DNA of 64,000 bases from Monocercomonoides exilis PA203 (GCA_001643675.2 LSRY02000057.1:434001-498000), one strand, 5' to 3'; shown: positions 36,701-49,777, counted from the stretch's first letter. A program made the numbers and translations. The notes: a model not told the origin generated them from the sequence alone.

Positions 36701-39700
36701 AATAAAAAGAATTATCAGAAGATATTATGTATTTGTTGCAAACCCTTTGTTGATCATCTGTTTTTCTTCAAACAAATAACTCCCAAACAACGCAAACAAA
36801 GTGTTTGAGTCGATGCTCCTTTGCTTCTCTCTCAATTCTCTGCGTCTCTGCACTTCGTGTTGCACAGCTACCATTTTTTCATCACTCGTCTTGCATCTTT
36901 TCCTTCTCCTTCCAACAGCACCACAATTCGTGGAATTTTCATCACTTTCTTCATCACTGCTGTCGTTGCTATCATTATCATCATCTTCTCCCTCTTCTCC
37001 TTCTCCTTCTCCTTCTTCTCCTTCTTTGTTTCCTTTTCCGCTTTCCTCTTTCTCTGCTCCTTCATCGCTCTTCTCATGCTTTTCATCAACAAAACGTGAC
37101 TGCGATTGTTCAGAGGCCGCCACTTTTTTCGATGAAGCACTCGAAGACTGCGCAAAAGAAGGAGCAGAAGAGAATGGATTGACTGTCTGTGTGTGGATGA
37201 ATGACACACCAGCATGTTCTGAAGGTTGAGAAGTGCCTGAGCTGCCTCCAACAGGCGACGAGGAAGGAGAAGGCAGCTCAGATGAGAATGAAGATGCACC
37301 CCCAAATGAGAAGGAGACAAAAGGAGAATCCAGAGAAGAAGGATGGTTGGACGAGGCAGACAGAGCAAGAGGAAAAGATGAAGGCGATAAAGAGGAGCCT
37401 TGCAATGAGCCAATCTCGTTATATCCATTGTCTCCATTGAATGAATTGTCAATTTGTTCTTCAATCTCTCCACTTCCAGCTGAAGATGCATCGTTTGCGT
37501 GTTGTTCGTTCTGTTGCGTTGTTATTGTTGAATCAGAGTAAATTCTTGTGTCCTTATTCCTTTCTGTTCGTAACGGTGGAATCAATGAAGCAGATGAAGG
37601 AGATTCATCTTCATCGCCATCAGCTTCTTCGGCTGTTTTGTTTGACTGTTCTGATGATATCATTGGAGAAGCAGAAGATTGCGTTGATGATGATGATGCA
37701 GCTGAAATTGTCACTCTCTCTATGTTTTGTCCTAATGCACTGAGTGGATCATCCTCAGCAACTGTTGTTGTTGCATTTGGCTGATTTGAAAGTGAAGAGG
37801 CAGAAACAGACTTTGGAGGAAGAGGAGGAACAGGAACTGGCTGAGAAGGCACAAAAAGAGGAGAGGAAGAAGAAGAAGAAGATGATGATGATGATGATGA
37901 TGATGATGCACGTTGTGTGCTGTTCACTTCATTCAATGCTGACATTGATAGCAGAGATGTAGCTGGTTGTATGGAAGTGTATCCATCTGGCTGTTGGGTG
38001 GCTGAAGGGGGTGAGAATTCAATCAGAGGCGTCGGCGGGTCGCTGCTCAGCTCTGCCGAGTCGAGCGAGGCAATCAGCGTGGATGTGGTGGAGATGGCAT
38101 GATGGCTGGTGTTATTGTTGCTATTGTTATTGTTACCAATGTTATCATCTTTTTCCTTTGAAGACTGATGTTTCCCTTCTTTCGAGTCAGTCGTGCCTTC
38201 TCCGTTGAGTCTGCTGCTGTTTCGCTTCGCTTCATAGATTCTAGTTACATCTGGTTCGTATTTCTTCTTCATCCTCGCCAGTTCGAAGTCAAAGCAATTG
38301 ACATCTTGCTGCTGAGAAAGGTCAGAATAAGCATCGCTGCTGATTTCATCTTCAATTCCAATCCATTTGGCAACTGACCGCGCCCTCTTTGCATTCTCCT
38401 CTGCTTTTCGTTGTTCTTGTTCTCTTTCCTGTTCTCTTTCTCTTTCGCTGCGGAAGAAAGAAGAGCGATCACGACTGTCAGAGAAAGAAGGGGAGTGAGT
38501 GATGGTCTGATAAGAAGAAGACGAAGAAGACGATGATGAAATTTGAATGGAAGAATTTGATTGATTTGAGAGAGGCGCAGGCAAAGTGGAAGAAGACAGT
38601 GATAATGTCGATGAAGAAGCAGAAAGAGAGCTCAAACCAGACTGGCTAGCAGATGACAATGAAGAAGATGAAGATGAAGAAGACAAAGAAGAAGAGGAAG
38701 AGGAAGAGGAAGAAGATGATGATGAAGGTGGAGATGAAGAAAATGGCATTCCAGATGAATTAGAAGAGGAGCGCGCATCTCTTCTTCTTCTGGCTGCTCT
38801 CACTTCAGGAACGATCTCCAGTGTTAGATGATCAAATCTCTCGATGTTCCAAAAGCCATTCACTTCTCCATCATTCATCAAGTCTTCCTCTTCTGTTGTG
38901 GAGCCTATTAATAAGTCAATTAATTCGCGTATTGTGCGAATGAAAAGGAAGTGATTTTGTGCTGATAATTGAGAGGAAATGGAAGGAGAGGCAGAAGATG
39001 GCTGGGTGGATGGATTGGATGAGGAAGAGGAAGAAGAAGATGAGGAGGAGGAAAGAGAAGAAGAAGCAGAAGAGGAAGAAGATAAAGAAGATGTTGAAGC
39101 AGAATTTTGTGGAGAAGCAGAAGGAGAAGAAGGAAGAGAGCCAGAGTCGAAGATGTCGATGAGTGACCGCCATTTGAACAGATCTTCCTGTTGTTTTGTG
39201 AAGAAAGTGAATGGAATGCGATAGAATGGATGGAGAGGGGCTGAATTGTAAGTCAGAGGAGCATGCGATGTTGAGTTAGAAGAAGGAAATGTAGAGTCGT
39301 TTGATGATTTTAGAGGAGAAGATGATGGAGAGGAGGAAGAAGAAGAGGAGGAAGATGTGGTGAAAGCATCTGCCAAACGCTTTTGAGGAGAAAAAGATGA
39401 TGAAAATCCTCTTTGCAATGAATCTTGTTTGATTTCAGAAGAGTTCATTGATTGATTTTGTGTTAGCTGATTTGGAAGGTTTGATCTTTGGATGGCTTGA
39501 AGAGGTCTGACTGAAGGAGGCGGGGCAGAAGGAGGCGGGGCAGGCACATGTGGCATGAGAGGAGAGGCAGGGCTGCCAACATTTGAAGCAGGAGATGAAG
39601 AATGAGAAAGAGAAGCAGAGGAAGAAGAAGAAGAAGAGGATGAAGAGGAGGAGGAGGATGATGAAGGAGCAGATGTGTCTATCACCAGATCGTAGTCTGC

Positions 39701-42700
39701 CACTGTCATTTCCTCAAAGTCGTCGGGTGCTTCAAAATCATCGCTGTCCAAAATGCGCAGTGTGGATGAGGGATTCAGCGAGGGAGGAGGAGAAGGAGAG
39801 GGAAGAGAAGCTGTTGAGACCATAGACAGAGGAGAAGGAGATGAGGAAGAAGAAGAGGAGGAGGAGGAAATTGAAGATTGTGATTGATTTTGAGGCAGAG
39901 AAGGAGGAGGAGCATGAGACGTGGGTGGAGGAGGGGGAGGTGGCGGGGGAGGCGGAGGAGGAGGAGGAGGTGATGGTGGTGAAGAATGAGATGAAGTGCC
40001 AGCAGTTTGTGAATGAGGAGGAGGTGGAACAGGCAAACGAGCAGAAGACATTGAAGAAGTTCTGCTTGTTGGGCCAAGCTGAGAAGAGATAAAAGAAGAA
40101 GAAGAAGAAGAAATGGTTGAATTGTCAGCAGAAGAGAGAGAAGGAGGAGGAGCAGGCTGAGTTCTGTTTGAAGCAAAGCTGAGAGATCGAACGGAGTTTG
40201 ATTGAGAAGCAGATGAAATGGCTAAGGAATTGCTTTGAGAAGAAGAGGATGTTAAGGAAGAGGAAGAATACTGATCAGAAGAAGTGGAAAACAAAGATTG
40301 CTGTTCGATTGAAGAAGAAGAAGAAGAAATTGTTTGAGATGAAGAATTGGAAATGTTCTGAGGCTTCTGCAAAGCAAGATGAGGTGAATGTGCAACAGGA
40401 GAAGAGGATAAACATTGTTGACATGGCGAAATCTCCTTCGGCGCTACAAGTTCATTCACAAACTCTGCGAATGACAACTGATTAGCTGTTGGAATGGATG
40501 CATTCTGCAAAGATGATGAAGATGATGAAGATGATGATGACATGTTTATTTCTCCTTCGTTTGATGAGTTTTGGTTCTGTTGAGTGTAATGTTCATACAT
40601 TGTGATCACTTTCATTGGCTGCTTGCGTCTGCACAGACAAGTTGAGGACGCTATCATTTGTGTCAGAGGAAGTGTGGTGCAAATTGAAGACTTCTGCTTG
40701 TGTGTGATTGAATGTGAGGGGGGTGTATCCAAAGCACTCTTGTTTTTGAGTGCATTCGTCTCTTTTGCATTGGATTCTTTGTCATTTCCAGCTGTATCGC
40801 TTATAGACTCATTCTTTTTTGTATTGAATTCATTCTTCTCTTCTGTTTTGTTCCTCCTTCTCTCTGTCTTCTGCTTCTTCTCCTTCGCCAAGCATACTTC
40901 TGACAGAAAGGCCTCTCTGATGTCAAGCGTCAGTGACAATATCATCCTCCTCCACTCCAACACAACCCCTTCTGAATTGCACACACTCATCAGCAGATCT
41001 CTCACCTCCTTCCACACCTGATACGCCTCCACCCCGCCACTCGATGCATTCTCGTCCCATTCAACAAATGCAGTTTGTGAACATGTGCTGGATGAGGAAG
41101 GAGAGGAGCTATCAAAAGAAGTCGTTGAGTGTTGGCAGTTATCTTTTCCACTTTGATTGTTTCCATCTAATTCTGAACTCGTCTCACCAGTAAGCAAACA
41201 CCTGCAATTCAAATCCTTCCCCTTTCTTCTCATTTCCCTCTTCTTCCCCTTCCTCCTCCTCCTCTCTAACTCATCCATCATCATTCTATCGTATCTCCTC
41301 CTCCTCTCCTTCTCCGCCTCCGACCTCACTCCAACAGCTTCTCTTAGGCAGAGGCATATGCACTGTCTCAGCAGAAGGCGGGGTGTGTGCTGTGAAACAG
41401 ACAGCTGAGCAGCGGCGGCAGTCGCCTGAAGCCAGCGGATCAGAAACTGACAGCGAGAAGAATAGGAAAGCGAGTGTGGGCAGTGGGATAAGGAGCAGAG
41501 GAGAGAGAGGGAGAGATGGTAGTGGGTGGGCTGAGGAAAGAAGGAGAAATAATATTTTATTTTTAAAACAAAATAATGAAAGAAATGAGGAAGAAATGGA
41601 TTATAAAGAGAAAAGGAAAGAGAAAAATGAAAAAAGAAAGAGAATGTTAAATGAACAAAAATTATACAAAAACGCAAACAGATGGATTGGGAACCATGTT
41701 TGTGAGGACTTTCGTGAGGCAGGCAGTGACAGCAAGGAAGAATCTCTGTTCGCTTCCTCTGCTGAATTTCACTCGCATCATCAGCTCAACCTCACTTTTG
41801 CGTATCATCTTCTGCTCTTCGTTGAACTCGGTGAATGAATTCCTTTTGCTCTTAACTTTTAAACTGAGATTGGCTTCTTTTTGTTTTTCTTCTGCTTCTT
41901 CCAATGGATTGTTAGTCTTTCTGTCTTCTCCTTCTCCTCTTTCTCCTCTTTCTCCTTTTTCCACTCCTTCTTCTTTCTCTAGCCATCTCCTCCTCTCCTC
42001 CTCTGCTTTGACCTCCTCCTCGTCTCTCATCTCCCTCACCGCGCGCATCCAGTCGCCCAGAAACGTCACACACTCCATCACAACACCTGTCAGCGATTCT
42101 TCTTCCTCTGCTTTGGCTGCTTGAAACTCGTCTTCAATCTCCTTCTGCTGCTGCCTCTTCAGCTGGCTGTACTGCTCTGCGTTCTTTTGCTTTGCCAGTG
42201 AAATCTCCTCTTTCCCTCGGCCGTCTTCACACAGCTGCCTTTCTTCGTCTTTCATCTTCAAAAGAAGCGCCTCTTCCTCCAGCCGCATCAGCCGCCGCCT
42301 TTCGCGCCTTTCTTTCTCTCTTCTTTCTCTTCTCTCTTTTTCTCTCGCTTCTTTGTCTCTGTCCTTCGCCATGCTGCTTGGAGCCACTTTGCAGCTCACG
42401 ATTTCGTAGATAATGGACAATACAAGCTGAGAAAAGATAAAAAAAGAATAAAATAAATTCAACAGAAAATCATTTGGTCGTGTGTGAGTGTTCAATAAAC
42501 ATCAACAAGAAAATTAAACAAAGAATAAAAAGCATTCAATTATTCAACAATCCAATGGAATATCAAATACAAAAAGACAAGAATAATAAAAAGAAAGCTA
42601 CCTCCATTCTTCTCACAGATCCCATGAGCCAGTTGATGAACGAGAGGGAAGTCAGCCACTCTGCAAAATAAGGTGCAAAATGCAGCAAAATGGCAGGCGG

Positions 42701-44115
42701 GGCGTGTGCGGTGAAACCCAACGGCCGAGAAAAGTGAACGATTGTCGAAGGAGCAGAAGAGCCAAGCACAGAAGAGGGGTTTTGGCTGGGTGCTGAAGAG
42801 GATGAAGATGAAGATGAAGATGAGGAAGAAGAGGAAAAAGAAGAAGTGTTGTATAACTGGCTGTGTGAAGATGAGCCGAATGGCAACGAAGGACTGGCAA
42901 GTGTGTGAAGCTTAATGTTGTGAGGAGATGCATTGTCTGCGAGAAGAAAGGAGTTGGGAAGGGGGAAGATATATAGGAAAATGAAATATTAATGTGATGT
43001 CAAATAAATCAAAAAGGAATCGTTTGAATTTTCACAAAATAAAAAAAGTATTCAATAAAAAATACTCTCAGCAGTATTCGCCTCACAAAACACAAGTAAC
43101 ACAAAAAAGAAGAGAGAGAGAAAGAGAAAGAGAAAGAGAAAGAGAAGTCCATCAAAATAATACCTGAGTCATCGTCAATGGTCAGCTTTCTGGGGAAGAC
43201 GACATTCATCAGCGACTCAGCCAGGATGTTCATCCACCAGTCTCTGTATGCCACTTCCTTTCTGGTGACCTTCAGCAGGCACAGCATCATTTTCAGTGTT
43301 TCTACCTCTTTCACCTCGTCACTGCGCTCTGCAAAGCGAAATGGCTTTTCTGTTTGATGAAAATATTACATTTTTTTGAAATGATCAAACAATGGAACAT
43401 TAAAGAATACCTTGATTATAAGGGGGCAGTCGGGCATTCTCGTTTCCGTCAATCAAAAATGGCAAGTAGCAAAATGATTGCTTGATCATTTCTTGACATC
43501 CGGGAAATCGATCATGCAATCGTCTTGCACATTCAACAAGAACATAAAATGATGTAACTCGTGCTTGCCCTTTCGCTCTAATTGAAGTATTTTGCCTGAC
43601 AAACGAACCTATTTTTTAAAGAATAATTCAAAAATGATATTAAACAACAGATAATCTGCGAAATGATTATTTTTGAATCACACCTATGAAATCAATTGAC
43701 TGAAGTAATCGTTCCTCTTCAACATATTGCGTCCAAGAAAGCAGTATAACATAAAATTGTTGTATTGATTCTCCAGAAAGCGTTTCTTGGAAAAAGTTAT
43801 TTTATTAAATTTAAATATAATTTCAAAAATTGATTTCTCAAGATATTCGAATAGAAAAAATAAACAAACTTTTTCCAAAAGACACTTCTAAATACTGAAG
43901 ACAATCTGTAAATGTCAAAAATACTTTTTCTCCATGACTATGAATTACCAGTTGTTGTTCTTCCGGAGAAAGGCCCTCTTTTAATATTTATTTATCTTTC
44001 AAAATTTCGTAAATCAAAAATCCACACCAAATAATGATATTAAATTTTTATATCTTTTAGCGTTTTGTTGTGAAAAATCTTCTAATTTTTCAAGTTTTTT
44101 TGAAAACTGGCTCAT
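27739..44115 (-). CDS. RalGAP-alpha/TSC2-like Rap-GAP-domain protein, 10 exons, ~5000 aa, with large Ser/Pro-rich and charged insertions
   Basis: ATG 44115 (MSQFSKKLEKLEDF...RYKNLISLF). Nine GT-AG introns join the small 5' exons and ORFs 43009-43314, 42563-42886, 41662-42495, 36725-41677, 34998-36701 and 27739-34827 in frame. RalGAPA-like motifs RLIIRDVAGRHAWD, LDTL...DEVAVFFVG, FVRGMGWE, EVLFHVAP, VCVVWWE, VIVIHP, YRIQI, PLFPSSIV...LLP...AIIN. Confidence 0.78.
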
Positions 44116-44439
44116 AAAATCTCTGATCAAATTGATATTCAAGCAAAATATAAAAAAAGCACAGATAAAAATAATCACTTAGTAAAAGCAAACAACAAAT
44201 TATCTCTTTCAGAGATTCACCAATATCGAGCACCAAAATTTTATGAAAGCAGCAATTTAGGAAAAAAATACTTCTTTTTGAAATAAGATAAGAAATAGGG
44301 ATTATTGATCGTTTTTATTTTTGTTAAAGTGTTTTCCATTGAATGAAGCACTATTACTTGTATTTTTGATGTGATTCGATTTTTGGTTTTGCAAAATAAA
44401 AAGGAAAATGTGGAAAGTTGAATGTTTACGTGTTAGAAA

Positions 44440-44664
44440 CTAGCGTCTTGCAGAACATTTTCCACCGGGGCAGGCCGAATCAGATTGTTTGCTTCCAGAA
44501 GAACCTCCATTTGCACATCTTCCACCGGCTCTGCACTTTCCTCCTACGCATTCTGCTGCCACTTCAGGAACTTAAGAAGAGTTAGAAAAATATATTTTAA
44601 AAGAAAACTTACCGAAAAACTCAAAGAATGATGCAACAATTGCAAATAATAGAAAAGCAATCAT
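44440..44664 (-). CDS. Small secreted Cys/Gly-rich peptide, 60 aa, two exons
   Basis: Exon 1 44664-44613, 42-nt GTAAGT...TTAAG intron 44612-44571, exon 2 44570-44440 ending in TAG. Gives MIAFLLFAIVASFFEFFVPEVAAECVGGKCRAGGRCANGGSSGSKQSDSACPGGKCSARR. Exon 2 is a GC-rich island in AT-rich DNA. Confidence 0.7.
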
Positions 44665-45014
44665 TATTCTTTTGTATAAGAAATTTAAAGAAATGAATAT
44701 GTTTTACGAGTTTTTATACATCGTTTTTTTGATCTTTTTGCTAATGTTTTCAAAACTTTTGTACTATTGATGTTTTTCTCGCAAACGTTAACTGTTGTTT
44801 TTGGAGTGGTGATGAAACCATTGAAAATCCAAAGGAAATATTTTTAAAAATCTCATTTTTTTCATTCATATGTATTTTGGAAAAATAAAGAATAATCAGC
44901 ATCACAATTTTTAAAGAAGAGCCTTGCTGTAATCAAGCAAATTTGTGTATTTATTGTTTTGCATTATCAAAGATTTTGTTCAATAAAATTGAAAGGCTTT
45001 TGAATTTAAATTCA

Positions 45015-45142
<128 letters not shown>

Positions 45143-45599
45143 GGATTGTTCGTAAATTAAAAATACAAATTTCAACAAAAAGGCAACATTTAGTTTTGAA
45201 CTTTCAATGAACAAAAGTCAAATCTTATCACAATCGCATGCTATGGGAGAGTTTTAAAAACCAAATATCTGTGAGATTTTTCAGGAATAAATAATAATCT
45301 CGGTTTAAATGATAATGATGTTTTAAATAAGTGAAAAAATGAGTGTAATAATTTTTTAAACCCTTCATTTTCTGTCAACATTTTCGGTTTTAATTTTTGA
45401 GATCAATACCAATTAATGAACCCTGAAAAGTGATAGAGCTATTTCATGATACGTCTTCTATTTTTTCAAGTCAAACTTAATCTTTGAAAACAAGTGATAA
45501 ACATTGAAATATTGAATGATAAATGAAAAGCTAATGACAATGAATTTCAAAAATAATAAACATCCCAATAAAAATGATTTCAAAAATAATCACACATGA

Positions 45600-45872
45600 A
45601 ATAGGACAAAATATTTGACTTCAAGCATTTTCATTGAAAAATTATTCACTTTTCATTGACATTTAAAGGTCAAAATACACAATAAAAATGGGTCCATTTT
45701 TTTGACATCCGAGAAATGCCGCAATTCCTAATGTTTTGATTTCAACGATACCTGTTTACGGATCTGAAAATCAATTTTATTTTGCAATCTGAGTGAGTGA
45801 AATAAAGTTTGGAGAGAAGCAATTTTTGTGAGCTTTGTGTAAAAATAAGTTCGAAAGTCCGTATTTTCGCCC
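45600..45872 (+). repeat. Diverged direct repeat, copy 1 (copy 2 at ~47298-47565)
   Basis: Shared blocks GGACAAAATATTTGACTTCA.GCATTTTCATT, AATCTGAG..AGTGAAATAAAGTT and GAAAGTCCGTATTTTC in the same order and at similar spacing. Confidence 0.75.
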
Positions 45873-46267
45873 ATATACATGATTGTGAGAAACAGAGGCG
45901 ATTATTTTGAATACTTTTTTCCAGTCCATGATTTCGATTTAACAATTAGTTTTTTTCAGCATAATTAATAAACAATGATTAGTGAATATTCGATAAAAAG
46001 TTAACTTTGGATTTGTTTCTTCTCATTATTTGTATTTTGTGACATTTGGAACACATTTTATTGATAAAAAATAATCCAAAGATTGAAAAACTATATATAT
46101 GCAAACACATCAAAAAGGTTGTTATTTCCAAACTATTCATTTTATGGATTTTTGAATTATTTTTTGGACTTTATTTTTTAATTTTTTATCTTGAAGCACT
46201 TTTTTAAGTTATTATTATTATTTGAATCCATACAATGTTCAAATATATTTTTTTATTCATAAAACCG

Positions 46268-46510
46268 AAAATAATTCGATTTCTGAATTAATATTTCAAT
46301 TTCGGAAAAAAAATAATTCGAATTCGGAATTAATATTTCAATTTCGGAAAAAAAATAATTCGAATTCGGAATTAATATTTCAATTTCGAAAAAAAATAAT
46401 TCGAATTCGGAATTAATAATTCGAATTCGAAAAAAAATAATTCGAATTCGGAATTATTATTTCAATTTCGATAAAAAATAATTCAAATTCGGAAATTAAT
46501 AATTCAATTT
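46268..46510. repeat. Tandem array of ~42-bp units (AATAATTCGAATTCGGAATTAATATTTCAATTTCGGAAAAAA), ~6 copies
   Basis: Read directly. Also visible as the repeated NNSNSELIFQFRKK in ORF 46222..46416. Confidence 0.9.
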
Positions 46511-46787
46511 TGTGATTAATTAATTCGATTTGGAAAATGCATAAATCAATTTCGAAACGAAAATTTTTTTGATTTGAGGAATTTATAACTTGTGTTTCGT
46601 TGTTGAATTTTTCTTTATTTTTATCTCATCTATTCTCTTTGTTTATCAATATTACGAAAATGAAGTTTTTTCATTAAAAAATTTGATGTTTTTCTTATTT
46701 TCATAAAAGAAATGGGTGATTTTTTTTGGATTCATAACTTTTTTCTGGGTGTTGTTTTTTCAAAAATTGTTTTTCACTTGGAAAATA

Positions 46788-47184
46788 CAGATATCGCAAA
46801 AAATACAGGACATCGCACAAAATACCGGACAAGATCGATTTCACAATAACTGCAAGAGGAATAATTATGACAATTTTCCTCAAAATATATCTCATCAATA
46901 CAAACTCATTCGATAAACGAGACTTTCATTACTTCCTCGTATGTGCTCAAAAAAAATTATTTTCTGAATATCACAGAAATGGAATTTTGAGTTTCTCCGA
47001 ATTTTTTATAATAATTTATTTCTGAGCACAAATGAAGCTATTTTGAAAGTTTTGAATATCAAATGAGTTAGCATTGTTGAGATATATTTTGAGGAAAATT
47101 GTTAGAATTATTCCTCTTGCAGTTATTGTGAAATCGATCCTGTCCGGTATTTTGTGCGATGTCCGGTATTTTATTGGATATCTG
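46788..47184. mobile_element. 397-bp foldback MITE with long imperfect TIRs and TA TSD
   Basis: TA|CAGATATC...AAAATAC.GGACATCGCACAAAATACCGGACA.GATCGATTTCACAATAACTGCAAGAGGAATAATT... is mirrored up to GATATCTG|TA. Similarity extends ~170-190 bp inward. Mirror ORFs 46701..46898 - and 47074..47256 +. Confidence 0.85.
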
Positions 47185-48303
47185 TATTTTTCATTCAAAT
47201 GCTATAAATTACCACAAGTGTTCCAAACCCAATGTTTAAGCTTAAAACAAATATGAAGACATCTTTTTTAAGAATTATTCATTTTTCTATGTTCATTTGG
47301 GACAAAATATTTGACTTCAGGCATTTTCATTTAAAAATTATGCACCTTAGATGAATTTTTTTAGATAAAATTTTTGAAAAAAATGGGTTTTTTTTTTGAA
47401 ACACATGTAATGTCACAAAATATTTTGTCATTATATCAATGATATTTGCTGGCAGATATGAAAATCAAATTTACTTCAAAATCTGAGAAAGTGAAATAAA
47501 GTTATAAGTGAAACAATTTTTTAATGCTTTGTGCATAAAATGCTTGAAAGTCCGTATTTTCCCGCATTTGTTAATGTTCAAGGGAGTTTTTTCGAACCAA
47601 AATTTTCGAAAGGAAAATTTTTCATCAAAAATAATCTCGCAAATAAAAAAAATAAAGTGGAAATTTTTTTCTACCATTTTTCAATTCAACAAATGAGTCG
47701 AAAATTTTTTCTTTTCATCAGGTTTATCAAAAAGAGAATTGTTCTTCAACTAATTTTTTTTTGAGCGATGATTTTTGAAATTGTTGAAAAAAACTAAAAA
47801 TTATTTTTTTTATCAATAGTTACAATTTTTATACACTTTTCTTTGAGTTGTAATTTTTCATTGGAGAAAAAATAACTTAAAAATTTCTGAAATCAATTCT
47901 CGATATAAATTGAAATTTTTCAGTATTAAATGAATTTTTAAATTGAAATATTATTTTTCGAAATTGATTTATTCTTTTTCGAAATCGAATTATTTTTGGT
48001 GTATATCTTCAAAATGTTGTTTTATTTTATTCAAAATGTTTGATTAAAATTAAACCATTTCCCATCAAAATGTTAAATTACGAAAAGTTCATCAATAGGA
48101 AGATTTTTTTCAATGAAAAAGCTTGAAGTGATATATTTTTTCTCATGTTCCAATAAAATAAAATAAAAAATAAAGACTTTCACATAATATTTTTTAACAA
48201 TCGAAATTTTAAATAAAACTGAACAATAAAATAAAAAACATTGTTTTCAAAAAAAGGAATTAAAAAAAGAAAAAGGAAATCAAAATAATTACAGTTGTTA
48301 TTG

Positions 48304-49426
48304 TTAGCTTAAAACAGCTGGATTTGTTTTCTTTCTATCAAAAAGAGCATCAGATCTGGAAATACGTTTGTTCTCCTTAATACGAATTTCTCCAGCATTC
48401 GTTTTAGACTCAAGACGAGACAGCTCTTCAGCAGATAAAACTTCACTTGGTAACGATTGATGCGTTCTCTGTGATATCTCCCTGCACATCAAATAGTATT
48501 GAGCATACCTGAAAAAAAGAATTACGTGAAGATTTATCATGAACAAAAAATTTTTTTGTAAAAAGATTTATTTTATATTAAAAAGCAAAAAGCATACTGC
48601 TGTGGTGTAAATGTTACAGAAAATTTCAACAATTCAAGCAATTTCAATTCGGTTGTGTTGACATCTGCTAATGTAATCCAAGGAAAAGAATCAGACATAT
48701 CTGCGTTCCATGGTGCTTCGTCATGAAATACTTTTCCTGCCAGAAGAAGTGACGAAAAACATACACGTCTCCAATTTGTAGGATGAAGAGTTAATCCCCC
48801 GCTTTTTATTATTCTTTCGATGTAGCACTTGAAAATTTCATATTTTTAAAAAAAATTATCTGATAAATATTCAAAAAATTAAAATATACACATACAAGGG
48901 ACATCAAGTACGTGCAAGGATGCAACTACAATAAAAAAAAGTCGTTTTAAAAATGAAATTCAAAATACTTCGAAAACCTCTAAAGTTGATACAATCAAAT
49001 TGACAAAAAATATTATTTCTTCAACTGTAGGGACATCAAATGGGCGTGGCTTTGGGTCAGTTGGAAGATTCTGCCACAATAAAATATAAAGCATTAAAAA
49101 TAAAACTTTACATATTTGAAGCAAACAAGAGGATGAAGTTCTTCAGAAAAAATATTTACTAAAATTGGAGTTGGATTAATCTTTCCAGATTCTATATGTT
49201 GCCTCAAAAGAAGACATATACTTGGTATTAGTGTAACAGGTTTTTTCATTCCAACATCACCATCAGTCATGAAGGTGCTTGTTGATGAAGAAATTCTTCG
49301 AACTGGAGCACTTGGAGTGGGCCCTTGCTTCTGTATACGACTTCCATACTTAAGTTTTTTTTCTTGAACTGGGGTTTCAAACTCCGCGGATAATGACCCT
49401 TTCGGTGGAATTGGCTCTGTACTCAT
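48304..49426 (-). CDS. Cyclin Y-like cyclin, 5 exons
   Basis: Spliced product contains IFSEELHPL, CYIERII, LHPTNWRRVCFSSLLLAGKVFHDEAPWNAD, ELKLLELLKFSV and YAQYYL, all matching the cyclin Y box. Four GT-AG introns; TAA at 48304. Confidence 0.88.
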
Positions 49427-49498
49427 TAATATATCGATTTATATGCAAATGGGTTAAGATCATAATTATTTGTTGATCATTTTTATTCCTTTTCAAGA

Positions 49499-49777
49499 AT
49501 GACAAGTTTGGTTTTTGCTTTTGTGTGATTATTGAATGTGTTAGCAAACATCTTTATATAGGAGGGAATCAACGTGAAATTGCACGCGCAAAAGCTCAAA
49601 AAAAATTGGCTGAAACAAAGAAGGGCTCAAAGGATACGACGCCAGCCCAACAAAAGAAAGAACGGTTTGCTTCGATATTTTGGAGGAATTGAGCAATTTT
49701 ATTTTTAATTTTACAGTGATGCCGAAATCATGAGAAAAAAACAAGAAGCTGCTGCTGCCAAGAAAAAAACTGGTTAA
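49499..49777 (+). CDS. SERF: SERF/4F5-family small EDRK-rich protein, 3 exons
   Basis: ATG ACA A, intron 49506-49561, GA GGG AAT CAA CGT GAA..., second intron ~49665-49716. Gives MTRGNQREIARAKAQKK...KKERDAEIMRKKQEAAAAKKKTG*. MTRGNQRE and RDAEIM are the family signatures. Confidence 0.92.

Larger units (their letters stand above)
46262..48001. mobile_element. Putative ~1.74 kb non-autonomous TIR element with subterminal tandem repeats
   Basis: ACCGAAAATAATTCGATTTC at ~46264 is mirrored by GAAATCGAATTATTTTTGGT at 47981-48000. Related TCAATTTCG motifs lie inside both ends. No coding capacity. Confidence 0.5.

Noticed and set aside
46268-46510. Regular palindromic repeats resembling a CRISPR array
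   Set aside because: Units are contiguous with no unique spacers, there are no cas genes, and the context is eukaryotic.
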